From contig JAAXJC010000153.1 of the NCBI GenBank assembly GCA_012270045.1, positions 107,655-171,654 on the forward strand: a stretch of DNA of 64,000 nt, in the 5' to 3' direction. The position numbers and the translations under genes are program-made. How positions within the stretch are numbered: the stretch's first letter is position 1; the number at the start of each line of letters is the position of its first letter. The notes below the pieces were generated by a model that worked only from the letters and a program-made list of their open reading frames with translations, did no database searches and was not told where the DNA came from. Below are positions 53,273 to 63,281 of this stretch, piece after piece. This stretch comes from Luminiphilus sp. Lineage in GTDB: Bacteria; Pseudomonadota; Gammaproteobacteria; Pseudomonadales; Halieaceae.

Positions 53273-54641
53273 GCCGGATGCCATTGCCGAGTATCGGGAA
53301 GCCCAGCGACGACGGGCAGCGACGCCCGGCAACGCCACGGCCGTTTTCAATGTTGGCTGGACCGCCAGCCGGGTCGGGTTATTTGAGGAAGCTATCGCCG
53401 CTTACGAATCGGCCCTGGCAATGGGCATTTCTCAGCCAGAGGAAGCGATGTTCAATCTGTCGGTGATTTACTCCGATCAACTGGGGGATGTGGCCACCGC
53501 CCGCCACTGGGTTGCACAGGGGCTGCAGGTCAACCACCAGTATTATCCGGCGGTTTTCCAGGCTGCTCATCTGGCCGAGCAGGTTGGCGATCGCCAGGCG
53601 GCCCTCGATGGCTTTGCCCGGGCAGCGGAGCTTCGACCGGATGAGGGTTTACCCCGGGCACGCCAACTGGAGGCGAGCCCCGGTGCGAGTGCCGACGCGG
53701 CCGTCGTTGCCGCCGTGGAGCAGTTTGCCCAAGGGGGTGACATCGACGCTCTGTTCGCGCTGGGCAAACACCGGGAGGCACTGGGGGATTGGCAGCAGGC
53801 CTGGTCGGCCATGCTCGCCGCGAATAACGCTGATGCCAAGGATCAGCCCCCCTGGCCGGCCGAGGCGATTCGGGAGCGGGTGCTACAGGGGCCAGCCTCG
53901 GGTTTACCGCCGCTTGCCGGATCAGACGGTCCTGTTTTTATTGTGGGTATGTTTCGCACCGGTTCAACATTGCTGGAGCAGATTCTTGCTGCCCACCCCC
54001 GGTTCAGCCCGCTGGGGGAGTCGGAATTTTGGCCCCGGGTAATCGCCCGTTTGGGTGGCGGCATGGTGATCCCGGGGCACGTGCCCAGTGACAAGGACCA
54101 GGGCAAGTTGCGCAGCGCCTTTGATGCCATGCTGGCCGCCAGGCACTTGCCGGCCAATACCCTCGCTACCGATAAACGCCCGGACAATCTTTTTCATCTC
54201 GCCACCATCGGCCGGGTGCTTCCCCATGCCCGTTTTGTAATTACCCAACGAGACTGGCGGGATACGCTGGTGTCGGTCTTTGGCACTCGATTACATCCCC
54301 AGCATGGCTATGCCACGTCGGTGGTGGCAACCCACCGACATCTGCAGCTTTGTGATGAGCTCGCCGGCCAGTGGCAAGCCGCGAGTTCGGACCGCGTTCG
54401 GTTGCTGCGCTACGAAGATTTGGTGACGCGCCCGGAGCAGACCATGCGGGGATTGCTGGGCTGGCTGGGAGAGACCTGGAATCCCGCCTGCCTGGATTTT
54501 CACCGGCTGAACAATCCGGTCCGTACCGCCAGCGTCTGGCAAATTCGCGAGCCGTTGTCCGCGGCGCGACTGGGGCGCTGGCGCCACTTTGAAGAGCCGC
54601 TGCGGTCTGTTCTGGGCGCAGCCCTTGATGGGCCTGGGTGA
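53265..54641 (+). CDS. TPR-repeat / sulfotransferase fusion protein
   Basis: The N-terminal ~200 aa are TPR-like Ala/Leu-rich repeats. The C-terminal domain has a PAPS 5'-phosphosulfate loop (FIVGMFRTGSTLLEQIL) and a 3'-phosphate motif (ITQRDWRDTLVS). GTG start overlaps the upstream stop by 8 nt. Confidence 0.7.
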   Translation: MARPDAIAEYREAQRRRAATPGNATAVFNVGWTASRVGLFEEAIAAYESALAMGISQPEEAMFNLSVIYSDQLGDVATARHWVAQGLQVNHQYYPAVFQAAHLAEQVGDRQAALDGFARAAELRPDEGLPRARQLEASPGASADAAVVAAVEQFAQGGDIDALFALGKHREALGDWQQAWSAMLAANNADAKDQPPWPAEAIRERVLQGPASGLPPLAGSDGPVFIVGMFRTGSTLLEQILAAHPRFSPLGESEFWPRVIARLGGGMVIPGHVPSDKDQGKLRSAFDAMLAARHLPANTLATDKRPDNLFHLATIGRVLPHARFVITQRDWRDTLVSVFGTRLHPQHGYATSVVATHRHLQLCDELAGQWQAASSDRVRLLRYEDLVTRPEQTMRGLLGWLGETWNPACLDFHRLNNPVRTASVWQIREPLSAARLGRWRHFEEPLRSVLGAALDGPG

Positions 54642-54692
54642 AGCTTGCTGCGCACCCGCGTTGCCGCCTGGGGCGAGCCTTGTAGACCGCCG

Positions 54693-55742
54693 CTACAGGG
54701 CGCCGCTGATATACGCCTCTTGCACAGCCGCGAGGGACAGCGGGCGCAGTTTTGACGCGTTGCCGGCGGTGCCAAAGGATTCATAGCGCGCGATACAGAT
54801 ATCGCGCATGGCGACAAGACTCTCCTTGAGGTATTTGCGCGGATCGAACTCCGACGGGTTCTGGGCGAGAAACCGCCGAATCGAGCCGGTTGCCGCCAGT
54901 CGCAGGTCGGTATCGATGTTGACCTTCCTGACGCCGTGCTTGATACCTTCTGTCACCTGTTCCACCGGCACGCCATAGGTCTCGGGTATTTCCCCGCCGT
55001 ACTCGTTGATAATGGCCAGCCAGTCCTGGGGTACTGCCGAGGAGCCATGCATGACCAGATGGGTGTTGGGAATACGGGCGTGGATGTCCTTGATACGATC
55101 GATGGCGAGGATGTCGCCGGTAGGGGGGCGGGTAAATTTATAGGCGCCATGACTGGTGCCGCAGGCGATGGCCAGGGCGTCGACACCGGTGTCGGCGACA
55201 AACTGGGCCGCTTCTTCCGGGTCCGTGAGCATCTGGTCATGGGTCAGCTTGCCTTCGGCACCGATGCCGTCCTCTTCGCCGGCCTCGCCGGTTTCAAGGG
55301 AGCCCAGGCAGCCAATCTCGCCCTCCACCGAGACCCCGCAGGCGTGTGCCATTTCCACTACCGATCGGGTCACCCGGGCGTTGTACTCGTAATCCATGGG
55401 GGTTTTGCCATCCTCACCCAGGGAGCCATCCATCATCACCGAACTGAACCCCAACTGTATGGAGCGTTGGCAGACGGCGGCGGAGGTCCCGTGGTCTTGA
55501 TGTACGCAGACCGGTATGTGGGGGAACTCCTGCATGGCGGCTTCCATCATGGCGCGCAGAAACGGGGCGCCTGCATACTTCCGCGCGCCGGCACTGGCCT
55601 GCATGATGACCGGAGAGTCGGTGGCATCGGCGGCCTCCATGATGGCTCGGGTCTGTTCCAGATTATTGACGTTAAAAGCTGGAACACCGTATTGATGCTC
55701 GGCAGCGTGGTCCAAAAGCTGTCTCAGGCTAATCAGTGCCAT
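54693..55742 (-). CDS. fba: Class II fructose-1,6-bisphosphate aldolase
   Basis: [12 protein letters not shown]...VIMQAS...HQDHG...VMMDGS...VMHGSS motifs, about 350 aa (long, Calvin-type subclass). Confidence 0.9.
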   Translation of the reverse strand: MALISLRQLLDHAAEHQYGVPAFNVNNLEQTRAIMEAADATDSPVIMQASAGARKYAGAPFLRAMMEAAMQEFPHIPVCVHQDHGTSAAVCQRSIQLGFSSVMMDGSLGEDGKTPMDYEYNARVTRSVVEMAHACGVSVEGEIGCLGSLETGEAGEEDGIGAEGKLTHDQMLTDPEEAAQFVADTGVDALAIACGTSHGAYKFTRPPTGDILAIDRIKDIHARIPNTHLVMHGSSAVPQDWLAIINEYGGEIPETYGVPVEQVTEGIKHGVRKVNIDTDLRLAATGSIRRFLAQNPSEFDPRKYLKESLVAMRDICIARYESFGTAGNASKLRPLSLAAVQEAYISGAL

Positions 55743-55790
55743 GGTGTTGTCTCCTGTTGCGGCGGTGGTACGGTTCCCCGCCGTTTCGAT

Positions 55791-56945
55791 TCAATGCCGG
55801 GCGCGCTCTTCCAGGATAGCGACAGCAGGTAGCGTCTTGCCCTCTACGTACTCCAGAAAAGCACCGCCGCCGGTCGAGATGTAGGATACCTGTTGCGCAA
55901 TACCGAACTGTTCAATAGCCGCCAGTGTATCCCCTCCACCGGCCAGGGAAAACGCGGGAGATTGGGCGACGCCGGACGCCAGAGTCGCTGTGCCGTTGGC
56001 GAAGGCGTCAAACTCGAATACGCCAACCGGCCCATTCCACAGGATGGTGCCCGCCTGCTGTAGCTGTTCCGCCATGGCCGCCGCCGCCTCCGGGCCCACA
56101 TCCAGAATCATGTCATCGTCACTGACGTCCCTGGCCAGTTTTACGGTAGCAGGCGCCTCGGCGCTGAACTCCCTGGCCACCACGACATCAATCGGCAGCG
56201 GGATTCGGGTCTGGTCCATCAGTGCCCGGGCGGTTTCGATCAGGTCCGGCTCATGGAGCGACTGACCTACCGGATAGCCTGCCGCCGCCAGGAAGGTGTT
56301 GGCGATACCACCACCGACGATCAGGCTGTCACAGGTCACTGCAAGTTGCTCCAGCACCGCCAGCTTGGTGGACACCTTGGAGCCCCCGACGATTGCGACC
56401 ATGGGTCGACTGGGGTTGGCCAGGGCGAGTTCCAGCGCCGACAGTTCCGCGGCCAGCAGGGGTCCGGCACAGGCCTCCGGCGCGTACTGGGCGACGCCGT
56501 GGGTAGAAGCCTGGGCGCGGTGGGCGGTGCCAAAAGCGTCCATCACAAAAACGTCGCACAGGGCGGCATACTGCCGTGCCAGCCCGGGGTCGTTACTCTT
56601 CTCCCCAGAGTTGAAACGAACATTCTCCAGCAATACCACCTGCCCGGGTTCGCAGTCCGGGTTTTGCCAATCCCTGATCAGGGGCACCGGGGTGTCGAGC
56701 AGTTCGGACAGTCGCAGGGCAACCGCAGCGAGCGAGTACTGCTCCTCTACCGATCCCTCCTCTGGCCGGCCCAGGTGTGACATCAGCATCACTGCTGCGC
56801 CGGCAGCCATTGCCTGCCGAATACTGGGCAGGGCGGCCACCAGTCGGGCATCGCTGGTCACCCGGCCATCCCTGATCGGCACATTGAGGTCCTCACGCAT
56901 CAGCACCCGACGACCCTCAAGGTTGAGCTCAGACATCAGTTTCAT
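55791..56945 (-). CDS. pgk: Phosphoglycerate kinase
   Basis: [32 protein letters not shown] motifs. Confidence 0.95.
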   Translation of the reverse strand: MKLMSELNLEGRRVLMREDLNVPIRDGRVTSDARLVAALPSIRQAMAAGAAVMLMSHLGRPEEGSVEEQYSLAAVALRLSELLDTPVPLIRDWQNPDCEPGQVVLLENVRFNSGEKSNDPGLARQYAALCDVFVMDAFGTAHRAQASTHGVAQYAPEACAGPLLAAELSALELALANPSRPMVAIVGGSKVSTKLAVLEQLAVTCDSLIVGGGIANTFLAAAGYPVGQSLHEPDLIETARALMDQTRIPLPIDVVVAREFSAEAPATVKLARDVSDDDMILDVGPEAAAAMAEQLQQAGTILWNGPVGVFEFDAFANGTATLASGVAQSPAFSLAGGGDTLAAIEQFGIAQQVSYISTGGGAFLEYVEGKTLPAVAILEERARH

Positions 56946-56960
56946 GGCGGCCTCCGATTG

Positions 56961-57983
56961 TTAGCTCTCGCCCAGTGCATCCAGCTGTCGGGCAATGTCC
57001 AGCAGCCGGTTTGCGTACGCCCATTCGTTATCAAACCAGACCAGTACCTTGACCAACTGCCCGCCCGCCACCTGGGTCTGGCTGGCGTCCACCACTCCCG
57101 AGCAGCTTTCACCGTTGAAATCACAGGATGCCAGGGGCTCGTATGTTATGCCCAGAATGCCGGCAAGCTGCCCCTGGGCTGCCGCCGCTAGTGTGGTATT
57201 GACGGCCCTGACGTCGCATTGGCTGCGGATCTGAAGGGTGATATCCAGTGCCGACACGTTCAGTGTCGGTACCCGCAGGGCATGTGCTGTCAACCGCCCC
57301 GCCAGGTGGGGCAGGATCCGGCGCACGCCCACGGCGAGGCCGGTATCCACCGGAATGATCGACTGAAACGCAGCCCGCGTCTTGCGCAGGTCGGTGTGGT
57401 GGTAGGCGTCCAGGACCGGCTGGTCATTCATGGCCGAGTGCACTGTGGTGATGGTCCCGGCCTCGATACCAAAGCTGTCGTCGATCACCTTTAGCACCGG
57501 GCACAGGGCATTGGTGGTACAGGAGCCCGCCGAGATGATGCTGTCGTTGGCGTCCAGGGAATTTTCGTTGACGCCCCAGACAATGGTTGCGTCGACATCG
57601 GATTCGGCGGGCTGTGAAAACAGGACGCGACCGGCGCCGGCGGACAGGTGTTGCTCTGCGGTGGCGCGGTCACTGAAGGTGCCGGTGCACTCGAGCACGA
57701 CGTCGATGGCGAGAGCGTTCCAGGGCAGTGCGCTGATATCGGTTTCACCCAGCAGCGCAATGGCCCGGTCATCGACGTTGAGGGTATCGGTGGTGTGGGT
57801 AATGGTGCCCGGGAAGCGGCCATGGGTGGAGTCATAGCGGGCCAGATGGGCTACCGTATCGGGGTCTGCAATCTCGTTGATGGCAACGATGTCCAGCGCC
57901 CCGGGCGGCTGTTGCTGGCACCAGGCGCGCAGCACGGTGCGGCCAATTCGGCCAAAGCCATTGATGGCAATGCGCTGCGTCAT
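56961..57983 (-). CDS. epd: Erythrose-4-phosphate dehydrogenase (GAPDH family)
   Basis: INGFGRIGR and SCTTN active site. HSAMNDQPVLDAYH and QSIIPVDTGLA resemble Epd more than GapA. It sits in tkt-epd-pgk-fba context. Confidence 0.75.
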   Translation of the reverse strand: MTQRIAINGFGRIGRTVLRAWCQQQPPGALDIVAINEIADPDTVAHLARYDSTHGRFPGTITHTTDTLNVDDRAIALLGETDISALPWNALAIDVVLECTGTFSDRATAEQHLSAGAGRVLFSQPAESDVDATIVWGVNENSLDANDSIISAGSCTTNALCPVLKVIDDSFGIEAGTITTVHSAMNDQPVLDAYHHTDLRKTRAAFQSIIPVDTGLAVGVRRILPHLAGRLTAHALRVPTLNVSALDITLQIRSQCDVRAVNTTLAAAAQGQLAGILGITYEPLASCDFNGESCSGVVDASQTQVAGGQLVKVLVWFDNEWAYANRLLDIARQLDALGES

Positions 57984-58010
57984 ACTCGATGGATTGGCGG
58001 CGAGGCCACT

Positions 58011-60011
58011 TCAGTCAAGAAATACATCTTCCAGCGCGGCTACCACATTCTCCACGGTGAAACCGAAATGGGTCATTAACTCTCCCCCCGGGGCGGATTC
58101 ACCAAAGCTCTGCATACCGACAATGCGACCGTCCAGCCCCACAAACTTGTACCAGTAGTCCACGTGGCCGGCCTCAACCGCGACCCGGGCGAGTATCTGG
58201 CTGGGCAGAACGGCCTCCCTGTAGGCCACATCCTGGGCCATGAAGCGTTCGGCGCAGGGCATGGATACCACCCGAATTCCCCGACCCCGCTCGGCCAGTT
58301 GTGCCGCTGCGGCCACTGCCAGAGCGACTTCCGAACCGGTAGCAATGACAATGCCGTCGAGTTCCCCGGTCTCCTGCACCAGAATGTAAGCGCCGCGCTC
58401 TATATCCCGCAGGTCCTCATCTGCCCGGTACTGGTGGGGCAGTGTCTGGCGTGAGAACACCAGCGCCGAGGGACCCTGTTCCCGCATGACTGCCATCTTC
58501 CATGCAACGGCCGATTCGACGGTGTCACAGGGACGCCAGGTTTCAAGATTGGGAGTGCTGCGCAGGGCGGTCAGTTGCTCCACCGGCTGATGGGTTGGGC
58601 CGTCCTCGCCCAGGCCAACAGAGTCATGGGTGTAGACGAATACCACCCGCTGGCCCATCAGTGCGGCCATGCGCACGGCATTGCGGGCATACTCCATGAA
58701 GATCAGGAAGGTGGCACCATAGGGGATAAAGCCTCCGTGCAAAGCGATGCCGTTCATGATCGCCGACATGCCAAATTCCCGAACACCGTAGTACACGTAA
58801 TTGCCCGCAGCCTGCTCGGCGGTGATGCCCTGTGATCCCTGCCACAGGGTCAGGTTGGAACCAGCAAGATCGGCCGAGCCCCCCAGCATTTCCGGCAACA
58901 GTGGGCCCAGGGCATTCAGGGTCTGCTGGGATGCCTTACGAGAGGCCATATCCGAGCCGGTTTCCGCACACAGTGCTATGTAGTCGTTAATCGCCGTTTC
59001 AAAACCCTCGGGCAGGGCACCGCGCCAGCGTCGGGCCAGTTCCTCGGCCTGCTGCGGCGCAGACTCTGCAAACGCTGCCAGGCGCTCCCGCCAGGCCTGC
59101 TCGGCGGCGGCGCCCCTGGTTTTGGCATCCCAGCCTGCGTAGACCTGCTCCGGAATTTCAAAAGGTCCATGCTGCCACGCCAACGCTTCACGGGTCGCGG
59201 CTACTTCTTCGGCGCCCAGGGCGGCGCCGTGGCAGGACTCGGTGCCCTGCTTGTTGGGTGAGCCCTTGCCGATGATTGTTTTGCAGCACAGCAGGGAGGG
59301 CTGGTCTGTGTTGCCCAGAGCCGCGTCAATGGCGGCGGCGACACTGGCAGGATCGTGACCGTCGACGTTGGCAATCACCTGCCATCCGTAACTCTCGAAG
59401 CGTTGCACGGTGTCGTCGGTAAACCAGCCTTCGACTTCGCCATCGATGGAGATGCCATTGTCATCGTAAAACGCGATCAGCTTGCCCAGACCCAGAGTGC
59501 CGGCCAGGGAGCAGGCTTCATGGGAAATCCCCTCCATCAGGCAACCGTCGCCAAGGAAGACCCAGGTTCTGTGGTCCACCAGCTGGTGGCTTTCGGTGTT
59601 GAACTGGGCGGCCAGGGTTTTCTCGGCCAGGGCCATACCCACCGCGTTTGCCAGGCCTTGCCCCAGTGGCCCCGTGGTAGTTTCCACGCCCGGTGCATAG
59701 CCGTACTCGGGGTGGCCGGCGGTTTTGGCGTGCAGTTGCCGGAAGTTTTTCAGGTCTTCGATGGTGAGATCGTAGCCAGAGAGGTGCAGCAGGCTGTACA
59801 GCAGCATCGAGCCGTGACCATTGGACAGTACGAACCGGTCCCGGTCGGGCCAGTCCGGGTTGGCCGGGTTGTGTTTCAGGTAGTCGTTCCAGAGCACTTC
59901 GGCGATATCCGCCATGCCCATGGGGGCGCCCGGGTGACCGCTATTGGCGGCCTGAACAGCGTCCATACTCAATGCTCTGATGGCATTGGCGAATTCCAGG
60001 CGTGACGTCAT
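58011..60011 (-). CDS. tkt: Transketolase
   Basis: [11 protein letters not shown], the ThDP motif [13 protein letters not shown], and [17 protein letters not shown]. Confidence 0.95.
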   Translation of the reverse strand: MTSRLEFANAIRALSMDAVQAANSGHPGAPMGMADIAEVLWNDYLKHNPANPDWPDRDRFVLSNGHGSMLLYSLLHLSGYDLTIEDLKNFRQLHAKTAGHPEYGYAPGVETTTGPLGQGLANAVGMALAEKTLAAQFNTESHQLVDHRTWVFLGDGCLMEGISHEACSLAGTLGLGKLIAFYDDNGISIDGEVEGWFTDDTVQRFESYGWQVIANVDGHDPASVAAAIDAALGNTDQPSLLCCKTIIGKGSPNKQGTESCHGAALGAEEVAATREALAWQHGPFEIPEQVYAGWDAKTRGAAAEQAWRERLAAFAESAPQQAEELARRWRGALPEGFETAINDYIALCAETGSDMASRKASQQTLNALGPLLPEMLGGSADLAGSNLTLWQGSQGITAEQAAGNYVYYGVREFGMSAIMNGIALHGGFIPYGATFLIFMEYARNAVRMAALMGQRVVFVYTHDSVGLGEDGPTHQPVEQLTALRSTPNLETWRPCDTVESAVAWKMAVMREQGPSALVFSRQTLPHQYRADEDLRDIERGAYILVQETGELDGIVIATGSEVALAVAAAAQLAERGRGIRVVSMPCAERFMAQDVAYREAVLPSQILARVAVEAGHVDYWYKFVGLDGRIVGMQSFGESAPGGELMTHFGFTVENVVAALEDVFLD

Positions 60012-60151
60012 GGCGGCTCCGGCTGATTGGGTACGGGAAGACGCGCTATTGTCGATGATGCGGCGGCCACGGGCAAATGAAAGCGGCCTCGCCCCTGACG
60101 AAATTGCTGGTTTGCACGTATCATGCCCCGAACTTTTTCGGAACGGCCGGT

Positions 60152-61690
60152 ATGTCCGACGCCTACATCAAACGGATTCTCAATGCTCGGGTTTACGACG
60201 TGGCCCAGGAGACGCCCCTGACTGAGGCCCCGATCATGACACGGCGCCTGGGCAATCAGGTTTTCCTGAAGCGAGAGGACCTGCAGCCGGTGTTTTCGTT
60301 CAAGCTTCGGGGTGCCTACAACAAGATGGTCAATCTGGATGCCGGCGCCCGCGCCCGGGGCGTAGTGGCAGCGTCGGCGGGTAACCACGCCCAGGGCGTG
60401 GCCCTGGCCAGTCAAAAGCTTGATGTGCGAGCCACAATAGTCATGCCCGTGACCACACCGGCCATTAAGGTTGATGCGGTGCGTAATCTCGGCGCCCGGG
60501 TGATTCTCCACGGCGACACCTACGACGCGGCTGCAGCCCTGGCCCGGGAACTTGTCGAGTCCAAGGGCCTGACCTACCTGCACCCTTTTGATGACCCGGA
60601 CGTTATCGCCGGACAGGGCACGGTGGGGGTGGAGCTGTCCCGGCAGGCGCCGGCGCCATTGGACTATGTTTTTGTCTGCGTTGGTGGCGGCGGCCTGATC
60701 GCGGGTATCGCCACTTATCTGCGCTATGTCTGGCCGGAGACCAAGATTATCGGTGTTGAGCCCGAGGATGCTGCCTGCGTGCGAGCGGCACTGGACAAGG
60801 GTCGACGTGTCAAACTCAAACAGGTGGGCTTGTTCGCCGATGGCTGTGCCGTTGCCCAGGCCGGCAAGGAAACCCTGCGGTTGATCAGGGCCCACGTCGA
60901 TGACGTTATTACGGTCAGCACGGATGAGATTTGTGCGGGCGTCAAGGATATCTTCGAGGATACCCGTGCTATCGCGGAGCCCGCCGGTGCCCTTGCGGTG
61001 GCGGGAATGAAAAAATACGTCGAGTGTTTCAGCATTGCCGACGCCACCATGGCGGCGACAGTCAGTGGCGCCAATACCAACTTTGACCGATTGCGTTATA
61101 TCTCCGAGCGCACCGAAATCGGTGAGCGACGGGAGGCGGTTATTTCAGTAGCCATACCCGAGCGCCCCGGAGCTTTCAGGCGCTTTTGCAATGAGCTTGG
61201 CAAGCGCAACATCACCGAGTTCAACTACCGATACTCAGATCAGGAGGCGGCGCAGGTTTTTGTGGGCCTCTCGGTGACGCCCCAGAGTGATGATCTTGGC
61301 AAGCTGACGGACAAATTGCAGCGCAAAGGGTACAGCGTCCAGAATTTAACCGACAACGAGACGGCCAAGCTCCATGTCAGGCACATGGTCGGCGGACAGG
61401 GTCCCGCTTCGTTGGACAGCGAACTTGTTTTCCGCGTGCAGTTTCCCGAGCGCCCGGGCGCGCTGCTCAACTTCCTCAGCGCCCTGGGTAATGATTTTGA
61501 TATTTCCCTGTTCCACTACCGCAATCACGGTGCAGCCTATGGCAGGATCCTGGTTGGCTTCAGACTACAGCCCGGCCAGCGTGGCGCGCTGCTTCGAGCC
61601 CTTGGCCGGGTGGGTTACCCCCACTGGGAGGAGAGCGAGAATCCGGCTTACACGACCTACCTGCGCCCCAAATCCGTGGACAAACATTAA
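60152..61690 (+). CDS. ilvA: Biosynthetic threonine ammonia-lyase
   Basis: PLP lysine motif [18 protein letters not shown], and two C-terminal ACT-like regulatory repeats. Start at ATG 60152. Confidence 0.9.
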   Translation: MSDAYIKRILNARVYDVAQETPLTEAPIMTRRLGNQVFLKREDLQPVFSFKLRGAYNKMVNLDAGARARGVVAASAGNHAQGVALASQKLDVRATIVMPVTTPAIKVDAVRNLGARVILHGDTYDAAAALARELVESKGLTYLHPFDDPDVIAGQGTVGVELSRQAPAPLDYVFVCVGGGGLIAGIATYLRYVWPETKIIGVEPEDAACVRAALDKGRRVKLKQVGLFADGCAVAQAGKETLRLIRAHVDDVITVSTDEICAGVKDIFEDTRAIAEPAGALAVAGMKKYVECFSIADATMAATVSGANTNFDRLRYISERTEIGERREAVISVAIPERPGAFRRFCNELGKRNITEFNYRYSDQEAAQVFVGLSVTPQSDDLGKLTDKLQRKGYSVQNLTDNETAKLHVRHMVGGQGPASLDSELVFRVQFPERPGALLNFLSALGNDFDISLFHYRNHGAAYGRILVGFRLQPGQRGALLRALGRVGYPHWEESENPAYTTYLRPKSVDKH

Positions 61691-61742
61691 TTTTGTGAAA
61701 TATTGACATTCTTCCCTCCGTGGTCCAATCTGCGGCCTAGAC

Positions 61743-61758
61743 TGTGACACGTGTCACT
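61743..61758. promoter_or_regulatory. CRP/Vfr-type binding site candidate
   Basis: TGTGA-cacgtg-TCACT versus consensus TGTGA-N6-TCACA (9/10 half-site positions). The core GTGACACGTGTCAC (61744-61757) is a perfect 14-bp palindrome. TATTGT (61781-61786) is placed as a -10 for a class II (-41.5) geometry. Confidence 0.45.
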
Positions 61759-61831
61759 ATTTGGAAAGCACAAAGACACATATTGTTAAAACCCGGGCTG
61801 CGCGTGGCCCGGGCGTTGGGGGAACGGTTCC

Positions 61832-61963
61832 ATGGGTAAGAAGAAGCCCGACATATTCTGGATTCTGGCCTTGGTGGTGGCACTGGGTGCTGCCACGGGA
61901 TCACTGATGGGGGACAACGGACCCCGCATGGCGCCCCAGCAAGCGGGGATCATCGTAGAGTGA
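61832..61963 (+). CDS. Candidate small membrane protein (43 aa)
   Basis: Below the track cutoff. Sequence MGKKKPDIFWILALVVALGAATGSLMGDNGPRMAPQQAGIIVE has a Lys-rich N-terminus and one TM helix. GGGGGA lies 8 nt upstream. No homology evidence is available. Confidence 0.3.
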   Translation: MGKKKPDIFWILALVVALGAATGSLMGDNGPRMAPQQAGIIVE

Positions 61964-61983
61964 CGCCCGGCCCGGGGGCCTCC

Positions 61984-62532
61984 CTAGAAGTATTCCAACC
62001 CCGTCTCACAAAGAAACGCCTGCAGTCGAATGTCATGGGGTTCTGACGGCAGCTGTTTCACCCGCTGTAGTTCGTAACCCAATCCGCAGCGAAACCCCTC
62101 GCTCAATCCCAACTGGCGATCGTAGTAGCCGCCGCCGTAACCCAGCCGAACACCTAGGTCGTCACAGGCCAGCAAGGGCACAATGAACAGGTCAATCGCG
62201 TTTGCCGGGACCGCCTCGGCCTGTATCTGTGGGGCCGCGATGCCGGTTTCATCTGGGGCCAGAGCATCGCCGTGTTCCAGCACTTTGAACACCATCTGAC
62301 CTTCCCCCATCACCCTGGGATACACCAGGCGCTTCCCCGCTCTGCGGGCTGCCGCGTCAAGGGGCGCCGGATCCTGTTCTGAGCCTATGGGTAGGTAGGA
62401 CGCGATCACCTGGGCTTGTTGCCACTGCGCAGTCTGGGTCAGGGCATCGACAGCGGGCAGTACCGGCCCCGCTTGCCCACGGCGCCTGCGCATGTCTCGG
62501 CGCCAATCACTCTTGGCACGGCTGCTGCTCAT
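61984..62532 (-). CDS. ygfA: 5-formyltetrahydrofolate cyclo-ligase
   Basis: Small protein with the C-terminal LGYGGGYYDR motif, located downstream of 6S RNA as in E. coli (zapA-ssrS-ygfA). Confidence 0.85.
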   Translation of the reverse strand: MSSSRAKSDWRRDMRRRRGQAGPVLPAVDALTQTAQWQQAQVIASYLPIGSEQDPAPLDAAARRAGKRLVYPRVMGEGQMVFKVLEHGDALAPDETGIAAPQIQAEAVPANAIDLFIVPLLACDDLGVRLGYGGGYYDRQLGLSEGFRCGLGYELQRVKQLPSEPHDIRLQAFLCETGLEYF

Positions 62533-62547
62533 TTCTTATATCCGGTT

Positions 62548-62730
62548 GAAGGCAACCCAGCGTACCGCTGACAGTGTCGCCCTTGAACCCTGCGGCTCAA
62601 GGTGGTGACCGCCGCGCTGCATCAGGCTTTCCGGTCGTACCGGACCTGCACAACAACAGCGTACGGTGGTCCCCGGGTGTTGCATTATCGGCTCGAGGAC
62701 TGACTGTCTGGCGCATACGCCAGGCTGCAG
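62548..62730 (-). ncRNA. ssrS: 6S RNA
   Basis: The minus-strand transcript contains GUCCUCGAGCCGAUAAUGCAACACC and CACCUUGAGCCGCAGGGUUCAAGGGCGAC, closely matching recalled E. coli 6S segments. The terminal arms CAGCCUGGCGUA and UACGCUGGGUUG pair. It sits between zapA and ygfA. Ends are approximate. Confidence 0.85.
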
Positions 62731-62734
62731 GGGA

Positions 62735-62740
62735 ATTATA
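62735..62740 (-). promoter_or_regulatory. -10 hexamer (TATAAT) of the ssrS promoter
   Basis: Perfect TATAAT on the minus strand, about 6-8 nt upstream of the inferred 6S 5' end. I recognised no convincing -35. Confidence 0.5.
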
Positions 62741-62751
62741 AGGGAATCGCG

Positions 62752-63069
62752 TCAGTTGATTTCCAGCTGCCTTAGCTGGTAGAGCGCTTCGTCAAGTTTG
62801 GAGGTCAGGGTCTTGAGACGATCCTCGTGATCATCCAGCCGCACCGGCGCTCGGCCACCCTGCAAACTCAATACCTCATGGCTGAGATTGAGTGCTGCCA
62901 TGATGGCCACCCGCTCCAGACCTATCACCTTGCCGGCGGCCCGGATGTCGCGCATTTGCTTGTCGAGATGCAGGGCCGCGGACTTGAGTTCAACTTCCTG
63001 GTCAGGTGGACAGGCGACCTGGTACTCCTTGTCGAGTATCTCCACCGTGACCGTTGGCGTTCGACTCAT
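62752..63069 (-). CDS. zapA: Cell division protein ZapA
   Basis: 105 aa. VEILDKEYQVACPPDQE...L..AA..LD N-terminal domain plus a C-terminal coiled coil, upstream of ssrS. Confidence 0.85.
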   Translation of the reverse strand: MSRTPTVTVEILDKEYQVACPPDQEVELKSAALHLDKQMRDIRAAGKVIGLERVAIMAALNLSHEVLSLQGGRAPVRLDDHEDRLKTLTSKLDEALYQLRQLEIN

Positions 63070-63281
63070 GCGCCACCCTCGATCTTGCGCAATCGCTCCA
63101 GGGAACCGTTGATGAAGTCACCTGCCTGTCGCTGCCGTTCCAACAGTTCCTTGCGTTCGCGCTGGAGTTCTGCCGTGCGCAATTTGAGCTGCCGATTCTC
63201 TTTATTCAGCTGGTTGCTCAACTCGATGAGGTCAGCAACTTTCTTTTCCAAAGATTGGATGAGTTTCTCAGCCACGGCCAT
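63066..63281 (-). CDS. ZapB-like / TIGR02449-type coiled-coil protein
   Basis: 71 aa, entirely heptad-like (LEKKVADLIELSNQLNKENRQLK...). Its stop overlaps the zapA start (ATGA). Confidence 0.55.
   Translation of the reverse strand: MAVAEKLIQSLEKKVADLIELSNQLNKENRQLKLRTAELQRERKELLERQRQAGDFINGSLERLRKIEGGA

Noticed and set aside
54936-55832. 298-aa plus-strand ORF over fba
   Set aside because: It is antisense to class II aldolase. The product is Gly/His/Val-rich with no motifs and no SD.
60008-60895. 295-aa minus-strand ORF over the tkt-ilvA spacer and ilvA 5' half
   Set aside because: It is antisense to ilvA (PLP motif and regulatory domains are clear) and has no recognisable domain.
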